DNA of 27,089 nucleotides from a virus (IMGVR_UViG_3300046779_001217:1-27089); one strand, 5' to 3'; shown: positions 16,308 to 24,950, counted from the first letter of the stretch. Program-made: numbers and translations. The notes: a model not told the origin generated them from the letters alone.

Positions 16308-16763
16308 TTAAAGAGTGGCGTCTTCTAATCCAGCAGTTCTAAGTTTAACAATATTTGAAACTTGCCACTGTTTGATATCAAGAGCTTTGATAATGCCAAG
16401 CCACTTGTTACGTAGCAAGGCAAAATCATTGATGATTTTTTCAAAATCTACAACGTCTGCTTCTCCTTCTACAAACTTTTCACAGTCTCTAGAACTTAAA
16501 GAACGTTGATAGTTTTCAAGATATTTACGAAAATATTGAGATCGAAGTCGTCTTAGTTCAATGTTTAGATATTCTAAGATACCTTCGATCTCTTGAAGTT
16601 GATTAAATCGGTTTTCAACAATACCGGGCATATTAGCAGCAGCCCTTTCGATATTCCCTGATACACGGACATCTTGTTTTGCTGCCAATAGTTCAGCTTC
16701 ATAATAAGCTACGGCGTCAGGAATACTTGATATATCCTTAGAAACCCGATCGTACCAATTCAT
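16308..16763 (-). CDS. uvsY: UvsY-like recombination mediator protein
   Basis: 151-aa helical protein with the pattern YFRKYLE...FVEGEAD...IIKALDIKQWQVSNIVKLR, two genes downstream of uvsX. Confidence 0.7.
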   Translation of the reverse strand: MNWYDRVSKDISSIPDAVAYYEAELLAAKQDVRVSGNIERAAANMPGIVENRFNQLQEIEGILEYLNIELRRLRSQYFRKYLENYQRSLSSRDCEKFVEGEADVVDFEKIINDFALLRNKWLGIIKALDIKQWQVSNIVKLRTAGLEDATL

Positions 16764-17003
16764 TTAATCCTCATCTTCGTTGTAATCATAATCATCGTCG
16801 GAATCAATCTCTTCCCCGTCAGTTGCATATTGTATTGCATCATCGAGGTAAGGGTCAACCCCTTGCAGGCTCTCTAAAACACTTTCTTTAATACCATAGT
16901 CTAAAAGTGTATTAATAAAATCAGCAGCCACATCTTTACGATGCTTTTCAGCAATGTGCTCTACTACTAAGGTCCAAAGATCTGCGATTAAGTCATCTTT
17001 CAT
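16764..17003 (-). CDS. Small acidic hypothetical protein, 79 aa
   Basis: ATGA overlap with the uvsX stop, abuts uvsY, and has a strongly acidic C-terminal tail. Confidence 0.8.
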   Translation of the reverse strand: MKDDLIADLWTLVVEHIAEKHRKDVAADFINTLLDYGIKESVLESLQGVDPYLDDAIQYATDGEEIDSDDDYDYNEDED

Positions 17004-18079
17004 TCTGTAATCTCCGTTTCAGGTTCAACACTATTAGTTATCACTGATTCAGTTTTTTCACCGTTTTTAGAAATGTCTTCCATAGCTTTGTCTAAGCCTT
17101 CGTTTTCATTTCTTTCCCAAGCCTTACGGAACTGCTTGATGATTTCGCCATCTGCTGTTGTGTAGACAAGACTGTTTCCTTCCTTCTTGAGTAACCCTTT
17201 GCCTTCAAACAAGTCGACTAGTCCGCTATATGGATTCATACCTGTTTCGTAAGGAATCTTTACTTGTACACTTTCAAACGGCTTAGCATAACGAGTTTTC
17301 ATAATCTTGCATCCTGCACGGATACCTTTGACTTCTGAAATCTTGTTACCATCCTCGTCTTCTTTCAACTTCATCTTCTTCATTGCAACAACGATAGATG
17401 ATGCATAGATGAATCCTTGACCGCCGGAGATCTTGTCATCTGGGTCAAACATGTCTTGTGATGCGTAGGTGTGGTTAGTTGCCACTAGACCGATGTTCAA
17501 TGAACCAAACATGTTTACACAGTTACGAACAAGTGCTGTTAGTGCCTTAGGCTTACGGCCCATGTCGCCTTTCAAATCACCTGCTTCAAACTGATTAACG
17601 TCGGTTGGAGTTAACAACATGCCTAACGAGTCAAGTACAAACAAGACTTTAGGACGACTTTCTTCTGGCATTGCTTTGTATTCTGCAACAAACTCTGTAA
17701 TAGTTTTTGCTACATCATCAATCATAGCCATGTTAAGTTTCAACAGCTTGTCTTCGGCTGTGTCAACACCTAGTGCCTTGAGCCAGTCTTCGTCAAGTGC
17801 ATTTTCTGTATCAATCAAGATTGGATAAATGCCTTGTGCTTGTGCTGCCTTAATGAGGTTACCAGAACAAATATATGATTTGCCTGCGCCAGACTCACCG
17901 GCAAACACTGTTACTTTGCCTAGAGGAACACCCCTGTGGAAATCTCCACTGATAAGATAGTTCAGGGCATAGTTACCTGTGCTAACCCAGTCAGTTGGGT
18001 CATTAAAGCCGATACTAAGTCCTTCAATAGATTTAGTAATCGACTTTCTAAATTTGCTTATATCAAATGCTTTCGCCAT
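17000..18079 (-). CDS. uvsX: UvsX/RecA-like recombinase
   Basis: STGNYALN, Walker A GESGAGKS, IDTENALD, Walker B FVLDSLG, TNHTY, SGGQG and KTRYAKP. Confidence 0.93.
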   Translation of the reverse strand: MAKAFDISKFRKSITKSIEGLSIGFNDPTDWVSTGNYALNYLISGDFHRGVPLGKVTVFAGESGAGKSYICSGNLIKAAQAQGIYPILIDTENALDEDWLKALGVDTAEDKLLKLNMAMIDDVAKTITEFVAEYKAMPEESRPKVLFVLDSLGMLLTPTDVNQFEAGDLKGDMGRKPKALTALVRNCVNMFGSLNIGLVATNHTYASQDMFDPDDKISGGQGFIYASSIVVAMKKMKLKEDEDGNKISEVKGIRAGCKIMKTRYAKPFESVQVKIPYETGMNPYSGLVDLFEGKGLLKKEGNSLVYTTADGEIIKQFRKAWERNENEGLDKAMEDISKNGEKTESVITNSVEPETEITE

Positions 18080-18101
18080 ATTATTCCCTATAGTGGTAAG
18101 A

Positions 18102-18125
18102 GAGTATGGGAGTTAACCCATACTC
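18102..18125. other. Intergenic stem-loop (9-bp stem) between ssb and uvsX
   Basis: gagtatggg-agttaa-cccatactc is a perfect stem with no strong U-tract. It could be a weak terminator or an RNA processing/stability element. Confidence 0.6.
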
Positions 18126-18137
18126 ATCTAGCATACA

Positions 18138-19142
18138 TTAAGATGCGTTTTGTCTTGCTCTGATAGCTGCAAGGATGTCTTGAGCTTTGCTAGAAGTTCC
18201 AGAGCTTGAAGGAGCAGGTGCCGCTGGTGCTGCCGCAGGTGTTGCTGGAGCTTCCCATGGAGCTTCTTCTGCTGTTTCTGCAACAGGAGTTTGAACTGGA
18301 GCACTAGCACGTGGTGCAGATGCTTTATTAGGATCACCAGTAGCTTGACCCATGCCAGCTGGCTTGAAGTATTGACCCCAACGTTCCATATCATATGGCT
18401 CGCCGTCAACAGATGCTTCAAACATTTCTTTCATAACCTTCAACTCAACGTCAGTTGGCTTCTTAGGCAAGAAGTCTGACAAGTTGAACAGTTCATGAGA
18501 CTGAAGTGCTGAGGCTTCAATGTCACTTAACGAACGCTCACGACGTGACCACTTTGATGTAGAGTAGTCAGCAAAACCGCCTTTGCTAGTTTTAGCAATA
18601 CGGAAGTCAAGACCTTTTAAGTAGTCTGTTGGCAGTTCATCCAACTCTGGATCCATCAAAGCACTGCGAATGATTTGATAAATCTGTGGACCCATAATGA
18701 ATCTACGGATTGGATTTTCTGGTTTCTTTTCTTCACCGATAGGATCTTCTACCACGAAACCTTGGAAGATGTAACTGCGTTTCTTCCAATATTTACGACC
18801 CATTTCTTCTAGTGATTTGTCTTTGAACCAACCACGAACTTCGCTCAAGATTGGGCAAACAGATCCGTCGTTGTACATTTCGACGCAAGGAACTTGCACC
18901 TGTACTTTGCGACTATCTGTCTCGCCTTTAATGCCGGCGAATTCTAGTTTGATCATTGCACGTTCAACCCAGAAGAATGTGTTGTTTGGATTGCCGTCTG
19001 GCAAGAAACGTACTACGGCTTCTTTGCCTTCTGCCATGTTCCAGTGTGGGTAGATTGCGTTGTCGCCACCGCCAGTCGATTGACCTGTGGACTTTGATTG
19101 TGCTTCTTGAAGTTTTGCACGAATTTCTGCGAGAGTTGCCAT
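18138..19142 (-). CDS. T4 gp32-like single-stranded DNA-binding protein
   Basis: AVVRFLPDG, PC...CPI, KYWKKRSY, DFRIAKTSKGGFADYSTSKW, a Pro/Ala linker and a GGAGG SD. It lies next to uvsX. Confidence 0.85.
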   Translation of the reverse strand: MATLAEIRAKLQEAQSKSTGQSTGGGDNAIYPHWNMAEGKEAVVRFLPDGNPNNTFFWVERAMIKLEFAGIKGETDSRKVQVQVPCVEMYNDGSVCPILSEVRGWFKDKSLEEMGRKYWKKRSYIFQGFVVEDPIGEEKKPENPIRRFIMGPQIYQIIRSALMDPELDELPTDYLKGLDFRIAKTSKGGFADYSTSKWSRRERSLSDIEASALQSHELFNLSDFLPKKPTDVELKVMKEMFEASVDGEPYDMERWGQYFKPAGMGQATGDPNKASAPRASAPVQTPVAETAEEAPWEAPATPAAAPAAPAPSSSGTSSKAQDILAAIRARQNAS

Positions 19143-19201
19143 TTGTTATGCCTCCTATAGCCTTAAATGTAAATGGTATTATGCCTTAATGCACATGTTT
19201 T

Positions 19202-19230
19202 AGTATGCGCTTTTTATTTAGCAGAGTCAA
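19202..19230 (-). promoter_or_regulatory. Composite ssb promoter: sigma70-like TTGACT-17 nt-CATACT with a nested TAAATA late box
   Basis: TTGACT (19230-19225), TAAATA (19220-19215) and CATACT (19207-19202), directly downstream of a terminator. Confidence 0.6.
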
Positions 19231-19264
19231 AGATTTCATCTCCTAAATGTGAAGATTTTTCACC

Positions 19265-19292
19265 AAAAGAAAAAGGCTCCGAAGAGCCTTTT
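19265..19292 (-). terminator. Rho-independent terminator with cUUCGg tetraloop
   Basis: Minus strand reads aaaaggctc-TTCG-gagcc followed by tttttctttt, 14 nt after the stop at 19306. Confidence 0.9.
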
Positions 19293-19305
19293 GTGAGTAG
19301 AAATA

Positions 19306-21627
19306 TTACATGCCTGATAGTTGTTTAATACGAGCCAGTTCAGAAATCTGTGGATCTGTTTGTTGTGGAGCCATGCGTTCTACAAACTTACGAGCAATCT
19401 TTTCTGCCTGTTCACCAAACTTCTTGCCTACCATTGTGCAAACACCTTCTGGGCCTTTAGGGAATGTGCCTGACTCTTTGTCATAGAAGGATGTAATAAA
19501 CTCTGCAAGTTCTTGAACGTCTGAACCGTTGGATTCAGATTCCATACCTAGTTCTTTCTTTCTACGTGCTAGACCTGCCGAGCTTGTCGGACTCTTGGTT
19601 TTTTCATCATCTAGATCTTTTGTACTTACTTTCCAGTCGCCGCCTTTAGCTTTACGCTGTGCGGCTGGAACATCGCTTTTGTTAGGACCTGATTCGGTAC
19701 TTTCGTAGCGATCGTAATCGTCTGGAATGTCAAAATTATCGTCTGCGTTCGATTCGGCATCTGCCCAGATCTGTTCGTCAATCCAGTCAGAAGCACCTTT
19801 ACCTAGATCATTAGAATCGATCATGACCTTTTGGTCGTTACCAGTAACATATACGTTAGCATCATCAATCTCCGGATGCTCTTCTGGAGAGCCGCCGTGA
19901 TAACCCCAAGTTGCTGGTTGATAACTTCCGGAGATATCATATTCGACTGTTAGAGATAACACCAAATACTGATCTTGAACAACTTTTTGTGGACCTTCAC
20001 CGCCTTCTGATGGATCAATCTCACTTGCAATATCTGCTATAACGTCTGGGGGTAGTGTTGATGTAATATCAGCCTTACCTAACATCACTTTGTCTACTAC
20101 AACATTATTTGCTTCGTCGACGTGAAACATCACTGAACCGCTGTCTGTTTCGTATTCTGTGTCAAACTCGTAGGGTAATCCTCTTGCCTCTTCAATACTT
20201 TCTTGAGGGACTGCCTCTGGTGCTGGTTCTTCAACGTAGTCTCCAAAGTCAAGTTGTTCTAAAATGTCCGGTGCGTTATTGGTTAACCAATCTTTCACTA
20301 GACCTCTTACACAGCTATCTGGATCTTGCTTTGCCTGTTCTTTGATCTGTCTAAACAAATCTGGATCTTCAATAATGCCTTTAAGGCTTTCTATTGCGTT
20401 TGTTCCGTCAACTCCTGCAGGAAAATGTTCTCCTACAAGAGATTGAAGATTTTGAACAGCTAGATTTTGTTCTTCTGGATCTTGACTTAAGATATTAGAT
20501 TCTTCGCCTAGATTCATTACCCATGATTCAAACTTTTCAAACTCATCATAAGACTCAACTTCTAAATCTTCATTTGCAACTTGTTCTTTTTGTGTCATTG
20601 CGACTATGTCGCCGTAGCCTAATTCGGATTCTTTCATTAATCTGTATATTACAGGAAATACACTTTTGATATCTTCTTTGAAGTTTTTAACAGTAAACTT
20701 TTCTGTATAATCTTCAACAACTTCTTCAGGAACTTCATATGCTTCCTGTGGTTGAAAACTTTCTCTATAGTTATTGTAGTGGCTTTGTTTGCTCAATGCC
20801 TTGATTTGTTCTCTAAGTTTGTTTAGTTGATGTTGGCTTCTTTCTACAATACTATCGTTGCCTGTATTCATTAAATCGTTTCTAACAACATAGTTGGAAA
20901 AACTTTTAAGTTGAGCAATCTCTTCGCTCATCTGAATAATACTTTTTCCAATATCGTCATATGGTAGTCCACCGTTAGCTACATGACGCTGCATTGCGCG
21001 AGCGCCAGCTAGGTGAATAAATGGATACTTGAATCTTTCACCGTCTTGATTTTCTACAAACAGTGCAGAAATATTTCTAGTTCTTGCGCCTGGTTGAGTG
21101 TCATCCATAACAGCTTGACTGTGCTTGATGATCAATCTAGTGTCCATAAGTTTTTGGTAGCTCATGTTTTTGCTACCGTACATTGCGCTTTCTGCCATTA
21201 TGCTTTCTCCGACTGGTTGTTGAATAATATTTGGTTGAACTGGTTTTGATTGTGCGTTTTGTGTTAAGAAAGCATAATCTCTCTTATCTAAGTTGTCTTT
21301 GGCAATATCTCTAGTATCAAAGTTTAGCAATCTTCTTTTAGCAAATATTCTTAATTCTTTTAAGAATGCGTACCAGTTATTTTTTTGAGCAGTATTCATT
21401 GACTCTGTAATACCTGTTGAGAAGTAAACTTTCATAGAGTTTGGTTCTGCTAGACTAATGCTAACATGACCAATAGGCATATCGCCTTCCATAAAGTCAA
21501 AGTCAAAGAATCGTGCATCCTCTGGAGAGATAGTAATTTCTCCAGCATCTGTTCCTAGTTTTAAGCCAGTAAATCTACTACGAATCTTGTAGAATAGATC
21601 GGTGGCAATATTGTTTCTTGCGTCCAT
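19306..21627 (-). CDS. Large acidic modular hypothetical protein, about 773 aa, probably head-associated
   Basis: Long ORF downstream of terL. Start moved to ATG 21627, 5 nt after GATAAATA. It has many x-x-E-S junctions and ends in ELARIKQLSG. Confidence 0.8.
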   Translation of the reverse strand: MDARNNIATDLFYKIRSRFTGLKLGTDAGEITISPEDARFFDFDFMEGDMPIGHVSISLAEPNSMKVYFSTGITESMNTAQKNNWYAFLKELRIFAKRRLLNFDTRDIAKDNLDKRDYAFLTQNAQSKPVQPNIIQQPVGESIMAESAMYGSKNMSYQKLMDTRLIIKHSQAVMDDTQPGARTRNISALFVENQDGERFKYPFIHLAGARAMQRHVANGGLPYDDIGKSIIQMSEEIAQLKSFSNYVVRNDLMNTGNDSIVERSQHQLNKLREQIKALSKQSHYNNYRESFQPQEAYEVPEEVVEDYTEKFTVKNFKEDIKSVFPVIYRLMKESELGYGDIVAMTQKEQVANEDLEVESYDEFEKFESWVMNLGEESNILSQDPEEQNLAVQNLQSLVGEHFPAGVDGTNAIESLKGIIEDPDLFRQIKEQAKQDPDSCVRGLVKDWLTNNAPDILEQLDFGDYVEEPAPEAVPQESIEEARGLPYEFDTEYETDSGSVMFHVDEANNVVVDKVMLGKADITSTLPPDVIADIASEIDPSEGGEGPQKVVQDQYLVLSLTVEYDISGSYQPATWGYHGGSPEEHPEIDDANVYVTGNDQKVMIDSNDLGKGASDWIDEQIWADAESNADDNFDIPDDYDRYESTESGPNKSDVPAAQRKAKGGDWKVSTKDLDDEKTKSPTSSAGLARRKKELGMESESNGSDVQELAEFITSFYDKESGTFPKGPEGVCTMVGKKFGEQAEKIARKFVERMAPQQTDPQISELARIKQLSGM

Positions 21628-21632
21628 AGTTG

Positions 21633-21640
21633 TATTTATC
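21633..21640 (-). promoter_or_regulatory. Late-type promoter GATAAATA overlapping the terL stop
   Basis: Minus strand reads TGA-TAAATA-caact-ATG. Confidence 0.65.
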
Positions 21641-23228
21641 AAAATCCTGTGCTGACAAAGATAGGCATTGGCATCTGTTCTTCGGTTAGTTTCTCAGTCA
21701 TTTTATCGTATATTGTTGGATCCCAATCACTTAATACAGCAGCCATACGGATTATCAGCAATAGTGCAGAAACCAAATCGTCGTGTTCGCCTGTTTTAGC
21801 ACCAAATCCTACACCATGCGCTACAAACGTTTTTAACTCCGAGACTAAGGGTTTGGATTTCACTGTCATTTTACGTGTTTCTAGCAGGTTTTTAAGCTGG
21901 CTACAAGCGGTTACTTTAGTACGGTGAGTAGTGTTAAATCCCTTACGGAACTTACGAACATGTCCTTTTCGAATAGGTTCACTTAAAAACAAGCCAGGAA
22001 AGTTTTCTTCGCCTAGATCGTTAATAACAATCAATGCTGCTTCACCTAGCGTATTGTTTTCTACACTGTAATATATTTGTGGAGGACTACTGCCTTTTTC
22101 TTGGCCGCGATCCTGAATATATCTTAAAATCTCACGCATTACTTTAACTTGACTTTGAATAGGTGTCAAGTTGTGTCTCCATTCTGCCACCTGATCCATG
22201 CTAGGCATTTCGTATACTTGAATAGCACCGTAGTCGCCGCCTGTGCCTAAGCTAGGATCTAATGCTACCAGATATGTAGCTTTTGGATTGATATCTTTAT
22301 ACCAGCGAGTTTGACCCATTGTCATTATAGGGTCAACTCCTTTAATCTCGGCTAACTTTACTGCGTTGATTAATGTTTCGTCAAAAATCAAGAACTCGCA
22401 ATCAAACTCTCGACGGAAACGCTCTTCTCCAATCTTGGCTCTTTCAACTGCTGCCCATGCTTCGTCACGATCTGGATGTTCATTCCAATGTGCAAAGTAA
22501 CTGTAGAATCCGTTAGTTCCTAACTTTTGTTCGTTACCAAACTCATCAAACTTTTTGTTAGCTTCTGTCCAAATCAAAGCAAACTGGTCTTCGTCTGAGT
22601 TTGGAGTTGATGTAATAATACACTTACCACCAGTTGATAGTGTTGGAGATAGAGCAGTCCAAAACTCTTTAGCTTTCTCTGGAGGTTGCACAAACGCAAA
22701 CTCGTCACAATAAATCAATGAAAGAGACTTACCGCGACCTGTGTTTTCAGTAGTTGTTACTGCTTGAATACGTGCGCCGTTGTCATATTCGATTGTATTT
22801 CTGTTGTATGAATAAACACCAGCACGAATAAAGTCTGGCAGGTTCTCGTAACCAAAACGATAACGATTCATAATATCCTGCGCACCTTCATATTTGTGAG
22901 CAGCGATCAGCACTTGTGCTTCAGGTACAAACATTGTATACCAAAGTAAGTATGCACAAGCACAGGTTGTTTTACCCATCTGACGTGGTAACATAGCAAT
23001 ACACTGTTTGTTTTCGTGATATGCCTGTATTAACTTTTCTTGATACTCGTAGGGTTCAAAGGGAATTGAACCTCTAGTGGGGTGTTGGATTTTTAAAAAG
23101 TTTTTAGCAAAGTATAACGGTCCAGTTACTGGATCCATACATGCTTCTAAATGCTTTACTTCCTCAAGACTATATCGTTGGGGAGCATGAGCTTTCTTGA
23201 TTAAGTTACCGTCTAATGATTTTGCCAT
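21639..23228 (-). CDS. terL: Terminase large subunit (T4 gp17-like)
   Basis: YEYQ adenine-binding motif, Walker A PRQMGKT, Walker B IYCDEFAF, coupling motif ITSTPN, FRREFDCEF, and nuclease motifs ALDPSLGTGGD and HDDLV. Confidence 0.95.
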   Translation of the reverse strand: MAKSLDGNLIKKAHAPQRYSLEEVKHLEACMDPVTGPLYFAKNFLKIQHPTRGSIPFEPYEYQEKLIQAYHENKQCIAMLPRQMGKTTCACAYLLWYTMFVPEAQVLIAAHKYEGAQDIMNRYRFGYENLPDFIRAGVYSYNRNTIEYDNGARIQAVTTTENTGRGKSLSLIYCDEFAFVQPPEKAKEFWTALSPTLSTGGKCIITSTPNSDEDQFALIWTEANKKFDEFGNEQKLGTNGFYSYFAHWNEHPDRDEAWAAVERAKIGEERFRREFDCEFLIFDETLINAVKLAEIKGVDPIMTMGQTRWYKDINPKATYLVALDPSLGTGGDYGAIQVYEMPSMDQVAEWRHNLTPIQSQVKVMREILRYIQDRGQEKGSSPPQIYYSVENNTLGEAALIVINDLGEENFPGLFLSEPIRKGHVRKFRKGFNTTHRTKVTACSQLKNLLETRKMTVKSKPLVSELKTFVAHGVGFGAKTGEHDDLVSALLLIIRMAAVLSDWDPTIYDKMTEKLTEEQMPMPIFVSTGF

Positions 23229-23795
23229 TTACTTTTTCCACGCATAGGAGCTTAAATAAACCCCCATTAAGCTGTCTATATTATTTAATGATCTAAAATG
23301 CTTTACAGCCTCTTCGACAGTTCTCATATGATAGTCGTGCCCTGTTAATAATCCGCCGGGTTTTAATTTAGGATACCAGATTGTTAAATCTTGCATTACT
23401 GATTCATAACTGTGATCTGCATCGATAAAAATAAAATCTAAACTTTCGTCGTCTATTTTTGTTGCAGCTTCAACACTAGCACATTCAAAGAATTTGATTT
23501 TATCTGCATACTGACTGTGTTTTTGTTTGAGTAGAGATTCCGATCTAATCATATCCGACTCAAGTATTGAGATTTCTCTATCTTCAAAAACATCATAGTA
23601 CGGCTTATAGTTATCAACTCCGTATAGAGTTTTGATGTTCGGACAGTTTTCTAACAGTGTCATAAAAGAGTCGGCTTTGTAGACTCCGAGTTCGAGACCT
23701 ATTAGATCGCGACCTTGAATAGAAATGCACTGAACAACCGGTGTAATATCGCTGAGAAAATCTTTATAGTTACCTATATAGTATTGTTTAAACAT
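23229..23795 (-). CDS. Class I SAM-dependent methyltransferase (Methyltransf_24-like)
   Basis: GLELGVYKA, LYGVD, FIFIDADHSYE and LKPGGLLTGHDY. Confidence 0.88.
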   Translation of the reverse strand: MFKQYYIGNYKDFLSDITPVVQCISIQGRDLIGLELGVYKADSFMTLLENCPNIKTLYGVDNYKPYYDVFEDREISILESDMIRSESLLKQKHSQYADKIKFFECASVEAATKIDDESLDFIFIDADHSYESVMQDLTIWYPKLKPGGLLTGHDYHMRTVEEAVKHFRSLNNIDSLMGVYLSSYAWKK

Positions 23796-23799
23796 GAAC

Positions 23800-23805
23800 T
23801 ATTTA
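23800..23805 (-). promoter_or_regulatory. Late-type TAAATA box 4 nt before ATG 23795
   Basis: Minus strand reads TAAATA-gttc-ATG, immediately downstream of a terminator. Confidence 0.6.
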
Positions 23806-23808
23806 ATG

Positions 23809-23836
23809 AAAAAAATAGGCTCCGAAGAGCCTATTT
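23809..23836 (-). terminator. Rho-independent terminator with cUUCGg tetraloop
   Basis: Minus strand reads aaataggctc-TTCG-gagccta followed by a T7 tract. The core is the same as in the terminator at 19265-19292. Confidence 0.9.
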
Positions 23837-23851
23837 GGATTTTAATAAAGA

Positions 23852-24208
23852 TTAAGCAACAGTAATAGATGATGCTAATGCTACTGTGGTACCAGTTACA
23901 TCGATACTGTTTCCGCCGACATCTGCACCCATGTTACGGATTCTAGTCTGTAGTTCGCTAGCACTGTTTACAGATGCATCGAAAACTGCATGGATAGTAC
24001 CGGCAGCAGAGTTAGTAACAAAGAACATCAACGGATTTAGTTCTTTTACCAAATATTCAACAGCTTCGTCAACTGCATCATCTTCGGCACGTAAATCAAT
24101 AGCCGATGCTCCTGCATCTTTTACTGTGATCAAATAGGCTTTTGCATTTAATGCGTACAGTGTGCCTACTGTACATGCTAGACCGTTTACTCTTGTTACT
24201 GCACCCAT
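23852..24208 (-). CDS. Hypothetical protein, 118 aa, possibly virion structural
   Basis: Ala/Val/Thr-rich, with an AAGGAG SD and a TAATG overlap. It is the last gene before a terminator. Confidence 0.8.
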   Translation of the reverse strand: MGAVTRVNGLACTVGTLYALNAKAYLITVKDAGASAIDLRAEDDAVDEAVEYLVKELNPLMFFVTNSAAGTIHAVFDASVNSASELQTRIRNMGADVGGNSIDVTGTTVALASSITVA

Positions 24209-24945
24209 TATTTGGCTCCTTTAGCTTCGTTTAGTCTGCTTAGAAGTTCTGCACGAATACTTGCACGTAGAGCTTCTTTGCTTTCGTTGCGTTGCATTGG
24301 ATTATCGCCGCCTGCAACCTTAGGGAATGTAGACTTAGGCTTGTTTAGATCGTTACCGTTTGGAACTGCTGCGTCCATGCCCTTGTAATCTACATCATCA
24401 TGGCCTGTTAGACCATTGCCAAAGCCTTCTTCTTTTTCTTTTTCTTCGTCATCTTCTTCGTCTTTGTCGTCTTTGTCGCCGTCGCCATCTTCGTCGCCCA
24501 TAGACTTTTGAATCATGTCTATTTTGTTATCAGCATCGTTATCACTAGGACCGCCAAAGTTATCAGCATCCGGTTCATCATGATCACCTTCTGGCTCGCT
24601 ATCAAGATCTGGTAGCATCTTTAGTGGAGGTAGTTCAGGCTTAATGCTAGTAATGCTTGGGCCAGGTGGCGTTAACATTGCCATAGGATCCATTGCAGGA
24701 GCAGGTTGATTGATCATGTCAGGATTAACCTTTGTGATTAACTTCATAATCTGCTCAATGTTATCCATTCCTTGTGCATTAAGATTAACACTTAAAGAAG
24801 GATGAGCTGGGGGCTGTTGAGCTTGTGTAGCCATTGGGGATGCTGGAGGCATTCCGCCCATCATATCTCCGCATTCTTGTACTGCGGATTCGCCGACTGG
24901 TTGATCCAAGTCGCGCATTTTTTGCATTAGTTGATTAAAATCCAT
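24208..24945 (-). CDS. Low-complexity Pro/Met-rich and acidic protein, 245 aa, possibly a prohead core or internal protein
   Basis: GGGAG SD, disordered composition and late-gene context. Confidence 0.75.
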   Translation of the reverse strand: MDFNQLMQKMRDLDQPVGESAVQECGDMMGGMPPASPMATQAQQPPAHPSLSVNLNAQGMDNIEQIMKLITKVNPDMINQPAPAMDPMAMLTPPGPSITSIKPELPPLKMLPDLDSEPEGDHDEPDADNFGGPSDNDADNKIDMIQKSMGDEDGDGDKDDKDEEDDEEKEKEEGFGNGLTGHDDVDYKGMDAAVPNGNDLNKPKSTFPKVAGGDNPMQRNESKEALRASIRAELLSRLNEAKGAK

Positions 24946-24950
24946 TTATA

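Noticed and set aside
2011-21642. Longer upstream starts given by the ORF track (2310, 2996, 10461, 13310, 14858, 16293, 21642)
   Set aside because: Downstream ATGs give canonical ATGA or TAATG coupling, a shorter overlap, or the fixed spacing from a TAAATA box, so they were preferred.
24420-24500. Short imperfect repeats (tcttcgtc / tctttgtcg)
   Set aside because: They simply encode an Asp/Glu/Lys low-complexity tract. They are not a CRISPR array or a regular tandem repeat.
24943-24950. TATAAATG directly at the start of the 245-aa gene as a late promoter
   Set aside because: It overlaps the ATG itself, so transcription would begin inside the gene. A GGGAG SD at normal spacing explains initiation.
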